DNA of 64,000 bases. It comes from Eledone cirrhosa (lineage: Eukaryota). Below the pieces are notes generated by a model. It saw only the letters and a program-made list of their open reading frames with translations, did not search any database and had not been told where the DNA came from. The translations under genes and the position numbers were made by a program. Of this stretch, positions 26,664-38,999 are shown piece after piece. The stretch lies in NCBI GenBank assembly GCA_964016885.1, contig OZ024755.1, forward strand, positions 22,878,001 through 22,942,000, in the 5' to 3' direction. Positions within the stretch are counted from its first letter, which is position 1; the number at the start of each line of letters is the position of its first letter.

Positions 26664-27341
26664 TAGAATGAGGAATAAAAGATGAAATATGAACTTTTCA
26701 GAACAAAGGGTGTTGGACTTAGAATCATTATGTCATGGGTTCGATTCCTGGATTGAGTTATATGTTGTGTTCTTGAGCAAAACACTTCATTTCACGTTGC
26801 CCCAGTATACTCAGCTAAAAATGACTATCAGCAATAGCCGAGGATGTAATAACTCTGCGACGGACTGGTGTCTTGTATTCTCAGTGGCTTATCACCATGG
26901 AAACTGGGAGAAGAGCCAACCTGATAAGCCTCCAGGCTTGAAGGCACAACACAGCACCAGCGACTGAATATTAATTGCTCACCCTGTTGCTGGGTGTCAG
27001 GCAACTTACTAACTCAATCATTTACACTCTTAGTTAATCTTAATTCTTAACACCCAGTAATGATTCAGCAAAAAATATCTAAAAACGGGGGGATTTGTTA
27101 ACTTCAAATGTTTATATTATCTTTACCAGTGGACAGATCATTGTGAAAATGTGTAACATTAAGTGAAAGACTTTAATGTGATGCTGCTGTAGTGTTCTTT
27201 GGTACATTTGAAGAATATCTTGCTAATGTGGTTTCATATGGTACAGAATATTAAGAGTTAAATTCAAATAAATTATGGAAATAGAATTTTGTTACCAGAA
27301 ATATAGAATTACTGTATTTAATCAAGTATAATCAAGTATAT

Positions 27342-27675
27342 GGAGGCACATGGCTTAGTGGTTAGAGCATTGGCCTTTCAATCGAAAGGTTGTGAGTTCA
27401 ATTCTCAGACCAGGTGATGTGTTGTTTCCTTGAGCAAGACACTTTATTTCACATTGCTCCAGTTTACTCAGCTGTAGAAATGAGATGATAGGGACTGGGG
27501 TCCATATCATTCCACTGCAAAGTGGTCGTAGAGGTGCCATGGCAAAAAAGCACCCAGCACTCACTGTAAATGAGGTTGGTGTTAGGAAGGGCATCCACCT
27601 GTAGAGATCAAGCCAGAATTAGTTCCCGTCCCACCCTTGCAAGCAGGGAGAAAGCGGACGTAAAATGATGATGAT
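27342..27675 (+). mobile_element. SINE family B
   Basis: Near-identical to other B copies. Confidence 0.88.
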
Positions 27676-28003
27676 AATTTGAAAAATTTAATATGCAAAA
27701 CTCGAGTCAAAACTGGGGATAACATTACATATAAATGTAACAACACAAAGACACTGAAGGCAATAACCCTGAAATGTCTAACAACTAATATATTCACTTC
27801 ATTGCCTGCAGCTATGAAACACTTTATGCATGGGAAATACATCCAGTGGCAATAATTAATTCTGTTAGTCTGTCAGTGGTGCATGTGATGAAACAATCTA
27901 TTATTTAAAAATGATGACTTAATTTAAAAGTTTACAGCTTAAAGCTACATTAAAGCTACATTATTGACATATGTTAGCAATGTAAGGAATACGTAGTATC
28001 ATC

Positions 28004-28225
28004 ATTATCATAGATTCCCATGGGCGGTGAATTGGCAGTATTGGTAGCGGGTCGGATGCCATGCTTTGACGCATAGAGTTACGGCCCTTGCCATTCTGAG
28101 TTCAAATCCCGCCGAGGTTAACTTTGCCTTTCATCCTTACGGGGTCGATAAAATAAAGTACCAGTAATGTACTGGGTAATTGCTGGCCTTGTGCCAAAAG
28201 TAGAAACAATTATCATAGATTCCCA
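28004..28225 (+). mobile_element. SINE family A with 17-bp TSD
   Basis: TSD ATTATCATAGATTCCCA on both sides. Confidence 0.9.
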
Positions 28226-29030
28226 AGGGTCTGTGGATGTCTTCTGAAATTTCCTCCAAGCAGTTCCATCCTCCTTCATTCTGATAGCTTCCCAGGGATT
28301 TCTGTCAGTCCATATGCAGATGTTGCTCATCCAGCACATTCTTGGCCACCCTCTTTCCCCTGCTACCTGGTACATGTCCATATATTACACTGCTCATCTA
28401 TCTGAAGTCCTTGGAGTCCCTCTTTCCCCTGCTACCTGGTACATGTCCATATATTACACTGCTCATCTATCTGAAGTCCTTGGAGTCCCTCTTTCCCCTG
28501 CTACCTGGTACATGTCCATATATTACACTGCTCATCTATCTGAAGTCCTTGGAGTCCCTCTTTCCCCTGCTACCTGGTACATGTCCATATATTACACTGC
28601 TCATCTATCTGAAGTCCTTGGAGTCCCTCTTTCCCCTGCTACCTGGTACATGTCCATATATTACACTGCTCATCTATCTGAAGTCCTTGGAGTCCCTCTT
28701 CCCCTGCTACCTGGTACATGTCCATATATTACACTGCTCATCTATCTGAAGTCCTTGGAGTCCCTCTTCCCCTGCTACCTGGTACATGTCCATATATTAC
28801 ACTGCTCATCTATCTGAAGTCCTTGGAGTCCCTCTTTCCCCTGCTACCTGGTACATGTCCATATATTACACTGCTCATCTATCTGAAGTCCTTGGAGTCC
28901 CTCTTTCCCCTGCTACCTGGCACACTTCATGTATTACAGTGCTCGCCAGTCTCAAATACTTGGGGTATCTCAGTACATGTCCAAAATACTTGAGCTTGCC
29001 ATCTTGTGCTATCTATAGCATGGATTTCTG
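28226..29030 (-). mobile_element. Decayed RTE-like LINE 3' fragment interrupted by a 69-bp tandem array
   Basis: The minus strand shows RYFGHVLR- and GHVPGSRG...WPRMCW-like remnants. Confidence 0.55.
28349..28920. repeat. 69-bp minisatellite, ~8.3 near-identical copies
   Basis: Unit CCCTCTTTCCCCTGCTACCTGGTACATGTCC...GAAGTCCTTGGAGT; two units are 68 bp. Confidence 0.95.
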
Positions 29031-29922
29031 TGCTGCATCAGTTTTTTTCCTTCACTTGTTTCTGAACTCACTCTAACCACTAAGCCACGACCAACAAGAT
29101 GATAAGATAATAGGATGGAACATTGATGAAAAGCTTAAATAAGTGAAATAGCTGGAAGTGTTTTGAGAATCAGATGGTGAATCAGAAGTTGATGGTTTTT
29201 AAGTGATAAACTCATTTTATGAACCTACGCTACAGATTTTGTTTTGTTAATAAAAGATACAGATAGAATTTATTTTAAAGAAATTTAAGAACTGCATAAA
29301 TCTTTTAGGTAGTTGCCAAGATCTAATATTTAATGTTCTCTGAGTCTGAGAAGCATTTGTAATGGTTATTTTTAACATTTTATGTTTTAACTCCTTTAAC
29401 TATCTTTTACACTGCAAGCACACATAGTATTTGACAGAAAATGTAAACTTACTGCACAATCTTAAATTTAGAACTACACAAACAATGTTCAGTTACATAT
29501 TAAAATAATCACTGGTTACTAAGCAAAAACATCAACCACATCAATTTTTATGTTAGCATCTATACTATGCTGGTTTCTTATAAAAATATAAAGAACTTTA
29601 CTTGGGGGACATATGATAGGTTAAAATATATTATTGATTTTTAGCTAAAAGAAGTAAGGGTTGCATAATATATGGGATTGCAAACAATTATGATGACTGA
29701 AGAAGAATATTTACCTGAATGAAGAACTGAAGTGTTTTTACTTGAAATCATCCTTGGACACCCCATTATTTAAGTACTGGTTTTAATCCCTTTACCCTTT
29801 CCTTACCATAATTCTAATGAATTTATGGTTTCCAAATAATTTTGAAAATAATAAAGAATTTCGAAAGATTTAGTAATGTAACTAACAGCTTTTTTTTTTT
29901 AAGATGGTGTTTGGAGCATAAC

Positions 29923-30244
29923 TTAACCCTTTAGCATTTGCATTACTCTACTATTATAGTTTCATGGTAAAGGCTTTATCTCACATAATATGGAATCTAC
30001 GAAATTTTGATATTATTATTTATTTTGAGAGGTTAACTTTGCCTTTCATCCTTACGGGGTCGATAAAATAAAGTACCAGTAATGTACTGGGTAATTGCTG
30101 GCCTTGTGCCAAAAGTAGAAACAATTATTTATTTTGAGAACAAAACCTTAATGTCAGTATGATTGGCTGGTTATGGCCAGTTTAAACAGAAAGAGGTGAG
30201 AGAATTCTGGCCAGATATGGTCAGTTTAAATGCTAAAGGGTTAA
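29923..30244. mobile_element. piggyBac-like TTAA MITE family 1, carrying a nested truncated SINE A (30030-30128)
   Basis: TTAA-CCCTTTAGCATTT ... AAATGCTAAAGGG-TTAA. The SINE is flanked by the TSD ATTATTTATTTTGAGA. Confidence 0.85.
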
Positions 30245-30426
30245 AGGTACTTCCATAAAATTGTGATAGAAAGTTTTTAGAGGTTGTGAAGACTGATGTT
30301 AAAAAGCTAAACTTTACCTAAAGATCACGAGGAGTGGCGCTATGCAGTGCTGAAGAAGACCCGACCTGCAGTATACAATATGACCTGACCAACCTGCCCG
30401 TTCCACTAGCACTCCCTAACAACATC

Positions 30427-30646
30427 ATTATTTCAACCACCCCAGGGCGGTGGATTGGCAGTATCGGTAGAGAGTCGGACGCCATGCTTTCCAGCATCGT
30501 TACGTCCCTTTACGTTCTGAGTTCAAATCCCCCCGAGGTTTACTTTGCCTTTCATCCTTACGGGGTCGATAAAATAAAGTACCAGTAATGCACTGGGTAA
30601 TTGCTGGCCATGTGCCTAAAGTAGAAACAATTATTTCAACCACCCC
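30427..30646 (+). mobile_element. SINE family A with 17-bp TSD
   Basis: TSD ATTATTTCAACCACCCC on both sides. Confidence 0.9.
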
Positions 30647-30837
30647 TGCATGCCCCCCTCCTCATTCCTTGCAGCTGCCACCGTGCCCACCCTGAGAAGA
30701 GGCTGGTGATGGGAAGGGCATTCAGCCATGGAGGGTTTGCCAAACAAAGGATCAGGAGTACCCTACAGTCATGTCAAGGACATGAGCCTCCCTAGTGTTG
30801 GTGATCTCCATGATAAATAAACCCAGTAAGTGATGTA

Positions 30838-30881
<44 letters not shown>

Positions 30882-31030
30882 CATGTGAGGCTTATTTATG
30901 CTTGCTTGATGCCAAACACTACTACTTCTACCACTATGACCACAACCACCACTACCACTGATACTACTACTATTACTATGACCACCATCACCACCACCAC
31001 CACCATCATTGCTGTCGCAGCTGCTGATAT

Positions 31031-31069
<39 letters not shown>

Positions 31070-31268
31070 AACAATTGTTACTATGAGTAGGAGAAGGTGT
31101 TGGTGTTGCGGCAGTAGTAGTGATTGCAGTGTGTGGGATGATGTGGCAAGGAGGGAGGGTGAGGCTGTGTATGCAAAGACAAGAGAATGTTGAGTGAATG
31201 TGGGGGAGGAACAGGTGCAACTGGATTTGAAAGCCTAGAGGAAGACGAGCACTGAGGTTTTGATTCAA

Positions 31269-31311
<43 letters not shown>

Positions 31312-31337
31312 CACCACCACCACCACTACTACTACTA

Positions 31338-31374
<37 letters not shown>

Positions 31375-32806
31375 CAATAATAATAGTTGCTTATTTAGGC
31401 ACAAGGCAACAATCTTTTGAGGAGAGGAAAGCCTATTAAATCAACCCCAGTGCGTTACTGGTACTTTATTTTATTAACCCCGTAAGGATGAAATGCAAAG
31501 CTAACCTCTGCAGGTTTTGAATAACAATAATAATAAGATAATGGCCTCTTTAATTGCAAATACATATACATACATATATGTGTGTGTGTGTGTGTGTGAG
31601 GGGGGGGGGGGTTGCCATCTGAAGAGCTCAGGCTCTCATAACTGATAGTCCTCAGTGAAATGTATATACAGGTGTTTTAAATAAATCTGAATCAACTGAA
31701 TATGGCCTCCGATCTTTTATTAATATATATATATATCAGTTCCCGTCCCACCCTTGCAAGCAGGGAAAAAGTGGACGTTAAATGAAATGATGAAAATGAT
31801 GAAATATATATATATGCACATGCACACACAAAAACCTACATAAAAATTTCACAGACACATGCAGGCACACACACATCCACTTCCATCAATGATACACCAA
31901 CCACACACACAGTGAGAAGCAATAATGCACACCCATGAAATGCACCCCATCTGTGCATAGATAGCAACACCCATATCACACATGGACTCTCCAAAGTGAA
32001 AAAAAAAGTGAATTTCATCACTTTGAAAGTAGCATCCATGGAACAGCCAATTTCATAAATTCAACCTAAAAATATACTTTAAAAAATTCGACCTTTGCAC
32101 TAGTGTATGCAGTATCTTTTGAGAATGCCCCCTCAGGCATTTTCCCAGCGGCCTGGAGGCAATCCATAATACTACAAATGATACCTCAGTCTGGCTCACC
32201 AATCCCGATTTTTTTCTCTAACCATTGTGCATATGTTATACAAGAAGAGCATCTTTTGTCATAAGCCTCATATAAGTTTCTTATTTGAATCATCCCAGGT
32301 ATTTCATCCTGTCCCCAGCCACTTGAATATGCCCCAGATTTTTACATCTTTAGCTTCCTTCAGTCAATGACTCAGACATTTAATTTGCAGGAAAAGAGTT
32401 CAGTTCTTAATGTTCAAAATGTTGTGAAAAAAAGAAAGAAAAAAAGAAAGAAAAAAAAAAAAAAAACAATAAAGACTTTGAAAAAAAAAGGTTCTTTTAA
32501 AAGGAAGAAAAGAAAAAAAAGAAATCAAATATATAAATAACAACAATGAAAGAAATAAATTCATCACCTGATGTTAACATCACCACCCCCATCACTCCAT
32601 CCTTACCACCACCATCACCGACACCATGACCAACATAACCATCATGATCATCATTATAAATTTCCCATTTTCTTGTTTTTTTTTAATATACCTTTTAACA
32701 ACTGAACTGAACAACAAAATATTGATTACTTTACTACATGGCAGAAATAGGGGAGGGGGAGCGAGTAAGGGAATGGAACCCAGAAAAAAAAGAAAGAATA
32801 TACAAC

Positions 32807-32842
<36 letters not shown>

Positions 32843-33539
32843 GTGAATAAATGAATAAATAAATAAATAAATAAATAAATGAATAGAAATGATGATAATA
32901 GTGGTAATAATAGGATGAATAATAACAAAAACGCGGGAAATAAACGGATGCAAAAACGATAATGATGATGATAGTTATGAAAGTAAGGAAAAAGAGGAGA
33001 GAAACCCCCCTCCATAAAGAAATACAACATATTTCATTAAATGATCAATTCTACTAGTCTCGAATTCCAATCAGCCAATTATTTAATTCAGGTCTAGAAT
33101 AAATTTAAAAAAAAATATATATGTATAAAAGTTGAAATTAAAATCTTTATCAGTCTATGTTTTTTTAAACATTACTTTTTTCGTTGTTTGTTTTGGTTTC
33201 TTCAATGTATTAAACAATTTTTTCTAACCTCTGTTTGAACTGGCATTCAACATATTTGTGGGCCTTTACATTCTTTAAGAAACATTCCAACATCTCTTTG
33301 AGATAACTCAAATAAGTGATGTAGTTGTACACTTGTACACTCCCAATCAAATGCAGTTATTTCTTTTCTACCCATTTAACTTCACCATTCATTCTTTGGA
33401 GGCAGGATAGGATTGATAAAATAAACTACCAGTCCAGGACAGTTAATAAAATAAAATAAAGTATCATCCAGGATAGCTAACAAAATAAAGTGGAAAGAGT
33501 GTTGGACTTATGATCATAATGTTGTACTGTTCAGCTGTC

Positions 33540-33756
33540 ATTATTCTTTCAAGTTTTCAGGTGAATTGGCAGTATCGGTAGAGGGTCGGACATGCTTTCC
33601 AGCATAGTTACGTGCCTTTACAATCTGAGTTCAAATCCCACCAAGGTTAACTTTGCCTTTCATCCATACGGGGTCGATAAAATAAAGTACCAGTAATGTA
33701 CTGGGTAATTGCTGGCCTTATGCCAAAAGTAGAAACAATTATTCTTTCAAGTTTTC
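33540..33756 (+). mobile_element. SINE family A with 19-bp TSD
   Basis: TSD ATTATTCTTTCAAGTTTTC on both sides. Confidence 0.9.
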
Positions 33757-34034
33757 TGAACTACCAGATGTCTTGATGTTCATCTTCCAAGCTAAATGTT
33801 CATTCACCAGTTGTTTGGGTGTCAGTTTTCTTCCAGATGTCTGGATTTCAGTAATTCTTCAGTAAAGGTGCCAACAGACAACTGTATTTGTTTGGCATAT
33901 CTGAACTCAATTCTACCTGTTTACTTAATTTACATGAACATAAAACCCTAGCACTGACTACCTGTTTAGATTCATGTGTGCCAATCTAATACATACATAC
34001 AAACACAAATACATATATATATATATATATATAT

Positions 34035-34590
34035 GGTGGCTGCCAACTCGTTTTCGAGTACAGCCACTACTTTATATCCATGTAGGAGAACCCCTACCGA
34101 TGCACTGAACAAGTGTGACTTTTTAGTCCAGCCAGCGACTTGAAAACTCTGGTACAAACACTACACTTGTGACAATTATTGACACATAGTGCTGGGCCCA
34201 TGGTACCATGTGACGACAAGTGCAGAGAGATCTCCAGATATAAAGCAATGCCTGTGCCGTGAAGCTTTTATAGTGAGCAAAGGCACTGCACAAAGCCAGT
34301 CCCACTCTCTTAACCAAGATGATATTTACCAAAAAAGAAGAACAAGTCAACATCATTGGATACCATCAGGGTTGCAGGTGTTATATCAGAGTTTTCCTTC
34401 TCCTAGAATTCTGCCTTGACAAAGGCTAAGGGGTCATCTCTCCCGGTGATTTTGAATGGCCATTGACTCTTAAGAGCTCCTTTGCCCTTTGACAGGTTTT
34501 GTTTTTAGTCCTGTAGGATGTCCAAAGTCACCCTCCTCACCAAGAAACCTTGGTGGGGTTGCCAGTTTAGTCGCCAACGACCCGACCATG

Positions 34591-34593
<3 letters not shown>
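34035..34593 (-). mobile_element. Probable RTE LINE 5' UTR fragment between TA tracts
   Basis: Contains CAGAGTTTTCCTTCTCCTAG...AAGGCTAAG and CCAGTTTAGTCGCC motifs that I recall from RTE 5' UTRs. The assignment is inferred. Confidence 0.45.
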
Positions 34594-34665
<72 letters not shown>

Positions 34666-34734
34666 CATACATACATACATAAACACATGCATACTTACAT
34701 GTAAGAAATGTCTAGTTTACGGTATACATATTCA

Positions 34735-35104
34735 AACACACACACAGAGACAGAGACACACACACACAGACACACATGCACACACACAGACACACACAGA
34801 CACACATGCACACACACAGAGACACACATGCACACACACAGACACACACAGACACACATGCACACACACAGAGACACTCATGCACACACACAGACACACG
34901 TGAACATGCACACACACACACACACATGCACACACTCAGACACACATGCACACGCAGACACACATGCACACAGACACACATGCACACACTCAGACACACA
35001 CATGCAGACACACACATACACATGCATACACACAGACATACACAGACACACATGCATACACACAGACACACATGCACACACACACACACATGCACACACA
35101 TGCA

Positions 35105-35182
<78 letters not shown>

Positions 35183-35190
35183 CACACACA
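34735..35190. repeat. (CA)n compound microsatellite
   Basis: Direct reading. Confidence 0.93.
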
Positions 35191-35843
35191 GATGCAACAG
35201 GTTGGTGTTTGTTATTGACATTTAGAAATAAAATCATTTTTTTTTTTTGACATTTCTCAACCATTTCCAAAGAACACTCCAGATAGAAGTGGTACAATGA
35301 AACTGTCATTAAGTAATACTTTCTAAATACTGTCTCTGTTGAACACAACTGACCTTTACAAGAAATTCTTCTCACAGTGTGGCCATTTATGTCTTTTCAA
35401 CATTTGGACATGTTATAAGTATTATTAAACACATATGTCTGTCTGTCTGTCAACAATCTATGTGTGTGTATGTTTGTGACTGTGTGTGGTATATAGTTTA
35501 ATACATTTACAAGTAGGGCATAAAACAAAAAACAAAAAAAACAAAAAAAAAAACAAAACAAAACAAAACAAAACAGAGCAGAACTCCTTATGAGGGTCAA
35601 ACCATATATCTGTGATATACCGGGTGACCGAGTTACCAGTTAAACCAAAGTGCTTCTGTGTGATTTAACACTTTTGCTATCATATTTCTAATATTTCAAA
35701 AACACTGCCTATGATTTTTTTAATTGTTTTGAAAATAATCAAAAATTTGGTGGGATTTAGTAATATACTATCATTATCATCATCATCATCATCATCATCA
35801 CCACTGTTTAACATCAATTTTTCCACGCTAGCATGGGTTAGAC

Positions 35844-36030
35844 GACTGTATAAACTCGAATATAAGCAGATATAGATATAAGCTGATCCTACTATTTTAT
35901 GTCTGAGAAATGGGTAAAAATCCAAACCTTCTTTACATAGAATTTGAAGTTGGTGAAAATCTTCAAAATATTGACCACACTGATTTTTTTGGTAACATAT
36001 TTTTCGGCTTATATTTGAGTATATAAGGTA
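35844..36030. mobile_element. pogo/Tigger-like MITE (related decayed copy at ~39560-39761)
   Basis: Imperfect TIRs CTGTATAAACTCGAATATAAGCAGA / TCGGCTTATATTTGAGTATATAAGG-TA. Confidence 0.6.
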
Positions 36031-36037
36031 ACTAAAT

Positions 36038-37210
36038 TTCTCATTATTGATTTCTAATTCAAGCACAAGGCCAGCAAATTTTGGGGGTGGGGGGTGGAGA
36101 GCAAAGTTGATTAAATCAACCCAAGTACTTGACTGGTACTTTATTTTATCGATTCCCTGTGGGTTGGAAGGCAAAGTGGTACTTGGTGAGATTTGAACTG
36201 AGAATCTAGAGTCAGAACAAATGACACTCTACTGATTCTACCAATCCACCGCCCTCTAACTTCTCATTATTAAGCTGGTGTCGGGGTGGTGGATTGGCAG
36301 TTTCGATAGAGGGTTGGACGCCATGCTTTGGGGCATAGAGTATGACCCTTTATGATCTGAGTTCAAATCCCGCCGAAGTTAACTTTGCCTTTCATCCTTA
36401 CGGGGTCGATAAAATAAAGTACCAGTCACGCACCGGGGTCGATTTAATTGACTTTCCCCTCCCCCATAATTGCTGGCCTTGTGCCTATATAAGAAACCAT
36501 TATTAAGCTGGTGTCAAGGGGAGTGCATTGGCAGTACCAGTAGAGTGTTAAACAACATGTTTTGTGGCATAGAGTTACATCTCTTTACGTTCTGAGTTCA
36601 AATCCCACCAAGTTTAGCTTTGCCTTTCATTCTTATGTGGTCAATAAAATAAAGTACCAGTAAGGCACTGGCATCGATTGTATCAAATTTCTTCTACCCT
36701 AAAATTGTTGGCCTTGTCCCTAAATCAGAAACCATTATTTGTTGTATAAATAGAGCAGTAGATTGGCAATATCGGTAGAGCGTCAGACAACATGACTTGC
36801 ATCATATAGTTATGGCCCTTTACATTCTGAGTTCAAATACCGCCGGGATAGCTTTGCCTTTCATCCTTACAGGGTCGATAAAATAAAGTACCAGTAATGC
36901 ACTGAGGTAAATTTAATTGAATTTCCCCTTCCCCAAAAATTGTTGGCATTGTGCCTAAATCAGAAGCCAATATTAAGTTGGTGTCAAGGGTGGTGGGTTG
37001 GTAGGATCGGTAGAGCATTGGACAAAATGTTTTGCAGTGTTTACTTATGACTTTCTACATTCTGAGTTCAAAACCTGCTGAAGTAAATTTAACTTTCATC
37101 CTTCCATGGTCGAAAAATAAAGTATAGATGTTGATAAATTTGACTTTTCCCTTTCACCAAATTTCTAACTCTTGTGTCAATGTTAGAAAGAGTTTATTAA
37201 GCTGGTGTTT
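36038..37210. mobile_element. Stack of five SINE family A copies (one minus, four plus) inside a TTAA MITE
   Basis: Copies at ~36048-36255(-), 36283-36500, 36518-36737, 36755-36972 and 36988-37195(+). The target ATTAAGCTGGTGT recurs at ~36268, 36502, 36972 and 37196. Confidence 0.85.
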
Positions 37211-38025
37211 GGAGTATAACTGAATAAAATGTATTTACATAAAATTACAATGGAAAATCTTTAGATAAATATAAACACTTTAAAACACAGAGCTTTGTAT
37301 CATAAAACTAGGGACAGTTTCCTGTGGTTTGGTATTAAAAAGGTAAACCATCAAATTAATACTTATAAATGCTTTACTTGTTAAGCTAGCATTGTTTGAC
37401 TTAATTTATCTCAAAGTATTAATTATATGAGTTAAGTACTAATTACATGGTTAATGTCGTTTTCTGCTGTACGATAAATATACGGTTTGATTTCCATAGA
37501 CAGTTCTGTTTCACTTCTTAATTTGTTATTTTTTCTGTTTGAAACTGAGTGTCTGAGACGGAATATTCTTGTAGAATGTTCTTTTTGGAGTCATATTCCA
37601 ATTCTGCGTTCACTTACAGTAAAACAAAATTTGGCTTGATAAACACATAGACACATAGCTGATAGTATTGAAGGGATGGGTTTAAAATAAACTGACTGAT
37701 ACACCAGTCAAAAAAGTAAAAAAAAATGGAAGTAAAAATAAAATCAACAGATATGAACATAACAGCTGGAAAACAGATATTGTTAATCAAAAAGAAGAAC
37801 AAATTCTTAAGCCAATATAAACAAAAAAATTACTCCTAAGTTCTTGTTTACTTTATTTGGAAACCTTTCTACACCTAGGTCAGTTTATAAATCAACAAAA
37901 AGTTAAAGGACATAATAATTCCTGAGGGAAGCCTTACACACGTCTTGGTCTTGGGCGTTATAAGCCTGGTGGAGCCCATCCCTCTCCAGGCTGGGACGCA
38001 GCTCATTTCTTCAACAGAGAGAGAG

Positions 38026-38081
<56 letters not shown>

Positions 38082-38112
38082 TAGAGAGAGAGAGGGAGGT
38101 GGGATACAGAGA

Positions 38113-38184
<72 letters not shown>

Positions 38185-38505
38185 TGGAAGAAATGGTTAG
38201 GGAAGGGGAGGAAGAGAGAGAGAGAGAGAGAAATTAGCGAAATAATATATATGTGTATGTAGACTTATCTGCAGATGAAGATTTCAAAGTTGGTAAGGAA
38301 TATGATTTATATCTTACCTGGAAAAGAAAGAAAAATGACAATAAATAAATGACAAATGTCAATAAAAGAGAGAGAAAATGAACTTCAGTACTATATTGAT
38401 ACTTTTTTAATCTCAAAAGGCTGGGATGCAAAGTTGATTACTGCAGGATCAAATACCAAGACATTTTTTTATCTGACACTCTTAGCGTTCTGCAAATTCG
38501 TCACC

Positions 38506-38999
38506 TTAACCCTTTAGCATTTACATTACTCTATATATACTATTATATTTTCATGGTAAAGGCTTTACCTCGCATAATTATCTCACATTATATCGAATCT
38601 ATGAGATTTTGAAAGTATTTATTTTGAGAACAATACCTTAACATCAGTTTCAATAGAAAGAGGTAGAGAATTCTGGCCGGTTTGAACATTAAAGGATTAA
38701 CCCTTTAGTATTTACATTACTGTGTGTTTACTATTGTATTTTCACATACCAAGACATTTTTTTTATCTGACACTCTTACCACTCTGCAAATTCATCACCT
38801 TAACCCTTTAGCATTTACATTACTCTATATATACTATTATATTTTCACAGTAACGGCTTTACTCACAAAATTATCTGACATAATCTCGAAGCTAAGAGAT
38901 TTTGATGATATTATTTTGAGAACAATACCTTAAAGTCAGTCTGAGCAGCCAGGTTTGAACAAAATGAGGATATGACCAGTTTAAGTGCTAAAGGGTTAA
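38506..38999. mobile_element. piggyBac-like TTAA MITE family 1: two copies plus a stub
   Basis: 38506-38700 and 38800-38999 each have TTAA-CCCTTTAGCATTT...AAAGG(G/A)TTAA. A third stub starts on the shared TTAA at 38697. Confidence 0.8.

Noticed and set aside
32290-32405. Faint mariner transposase (YSPDLAP-like) remnant
   Set aside because: Too degenerate to support by eye; it would need a translated search.
38311-38335. Minus-strand YYYCAG|GTAAG recursive-splice-like motif
   Set aside because: A single short motif with no evidence of a minus-strand transcript.
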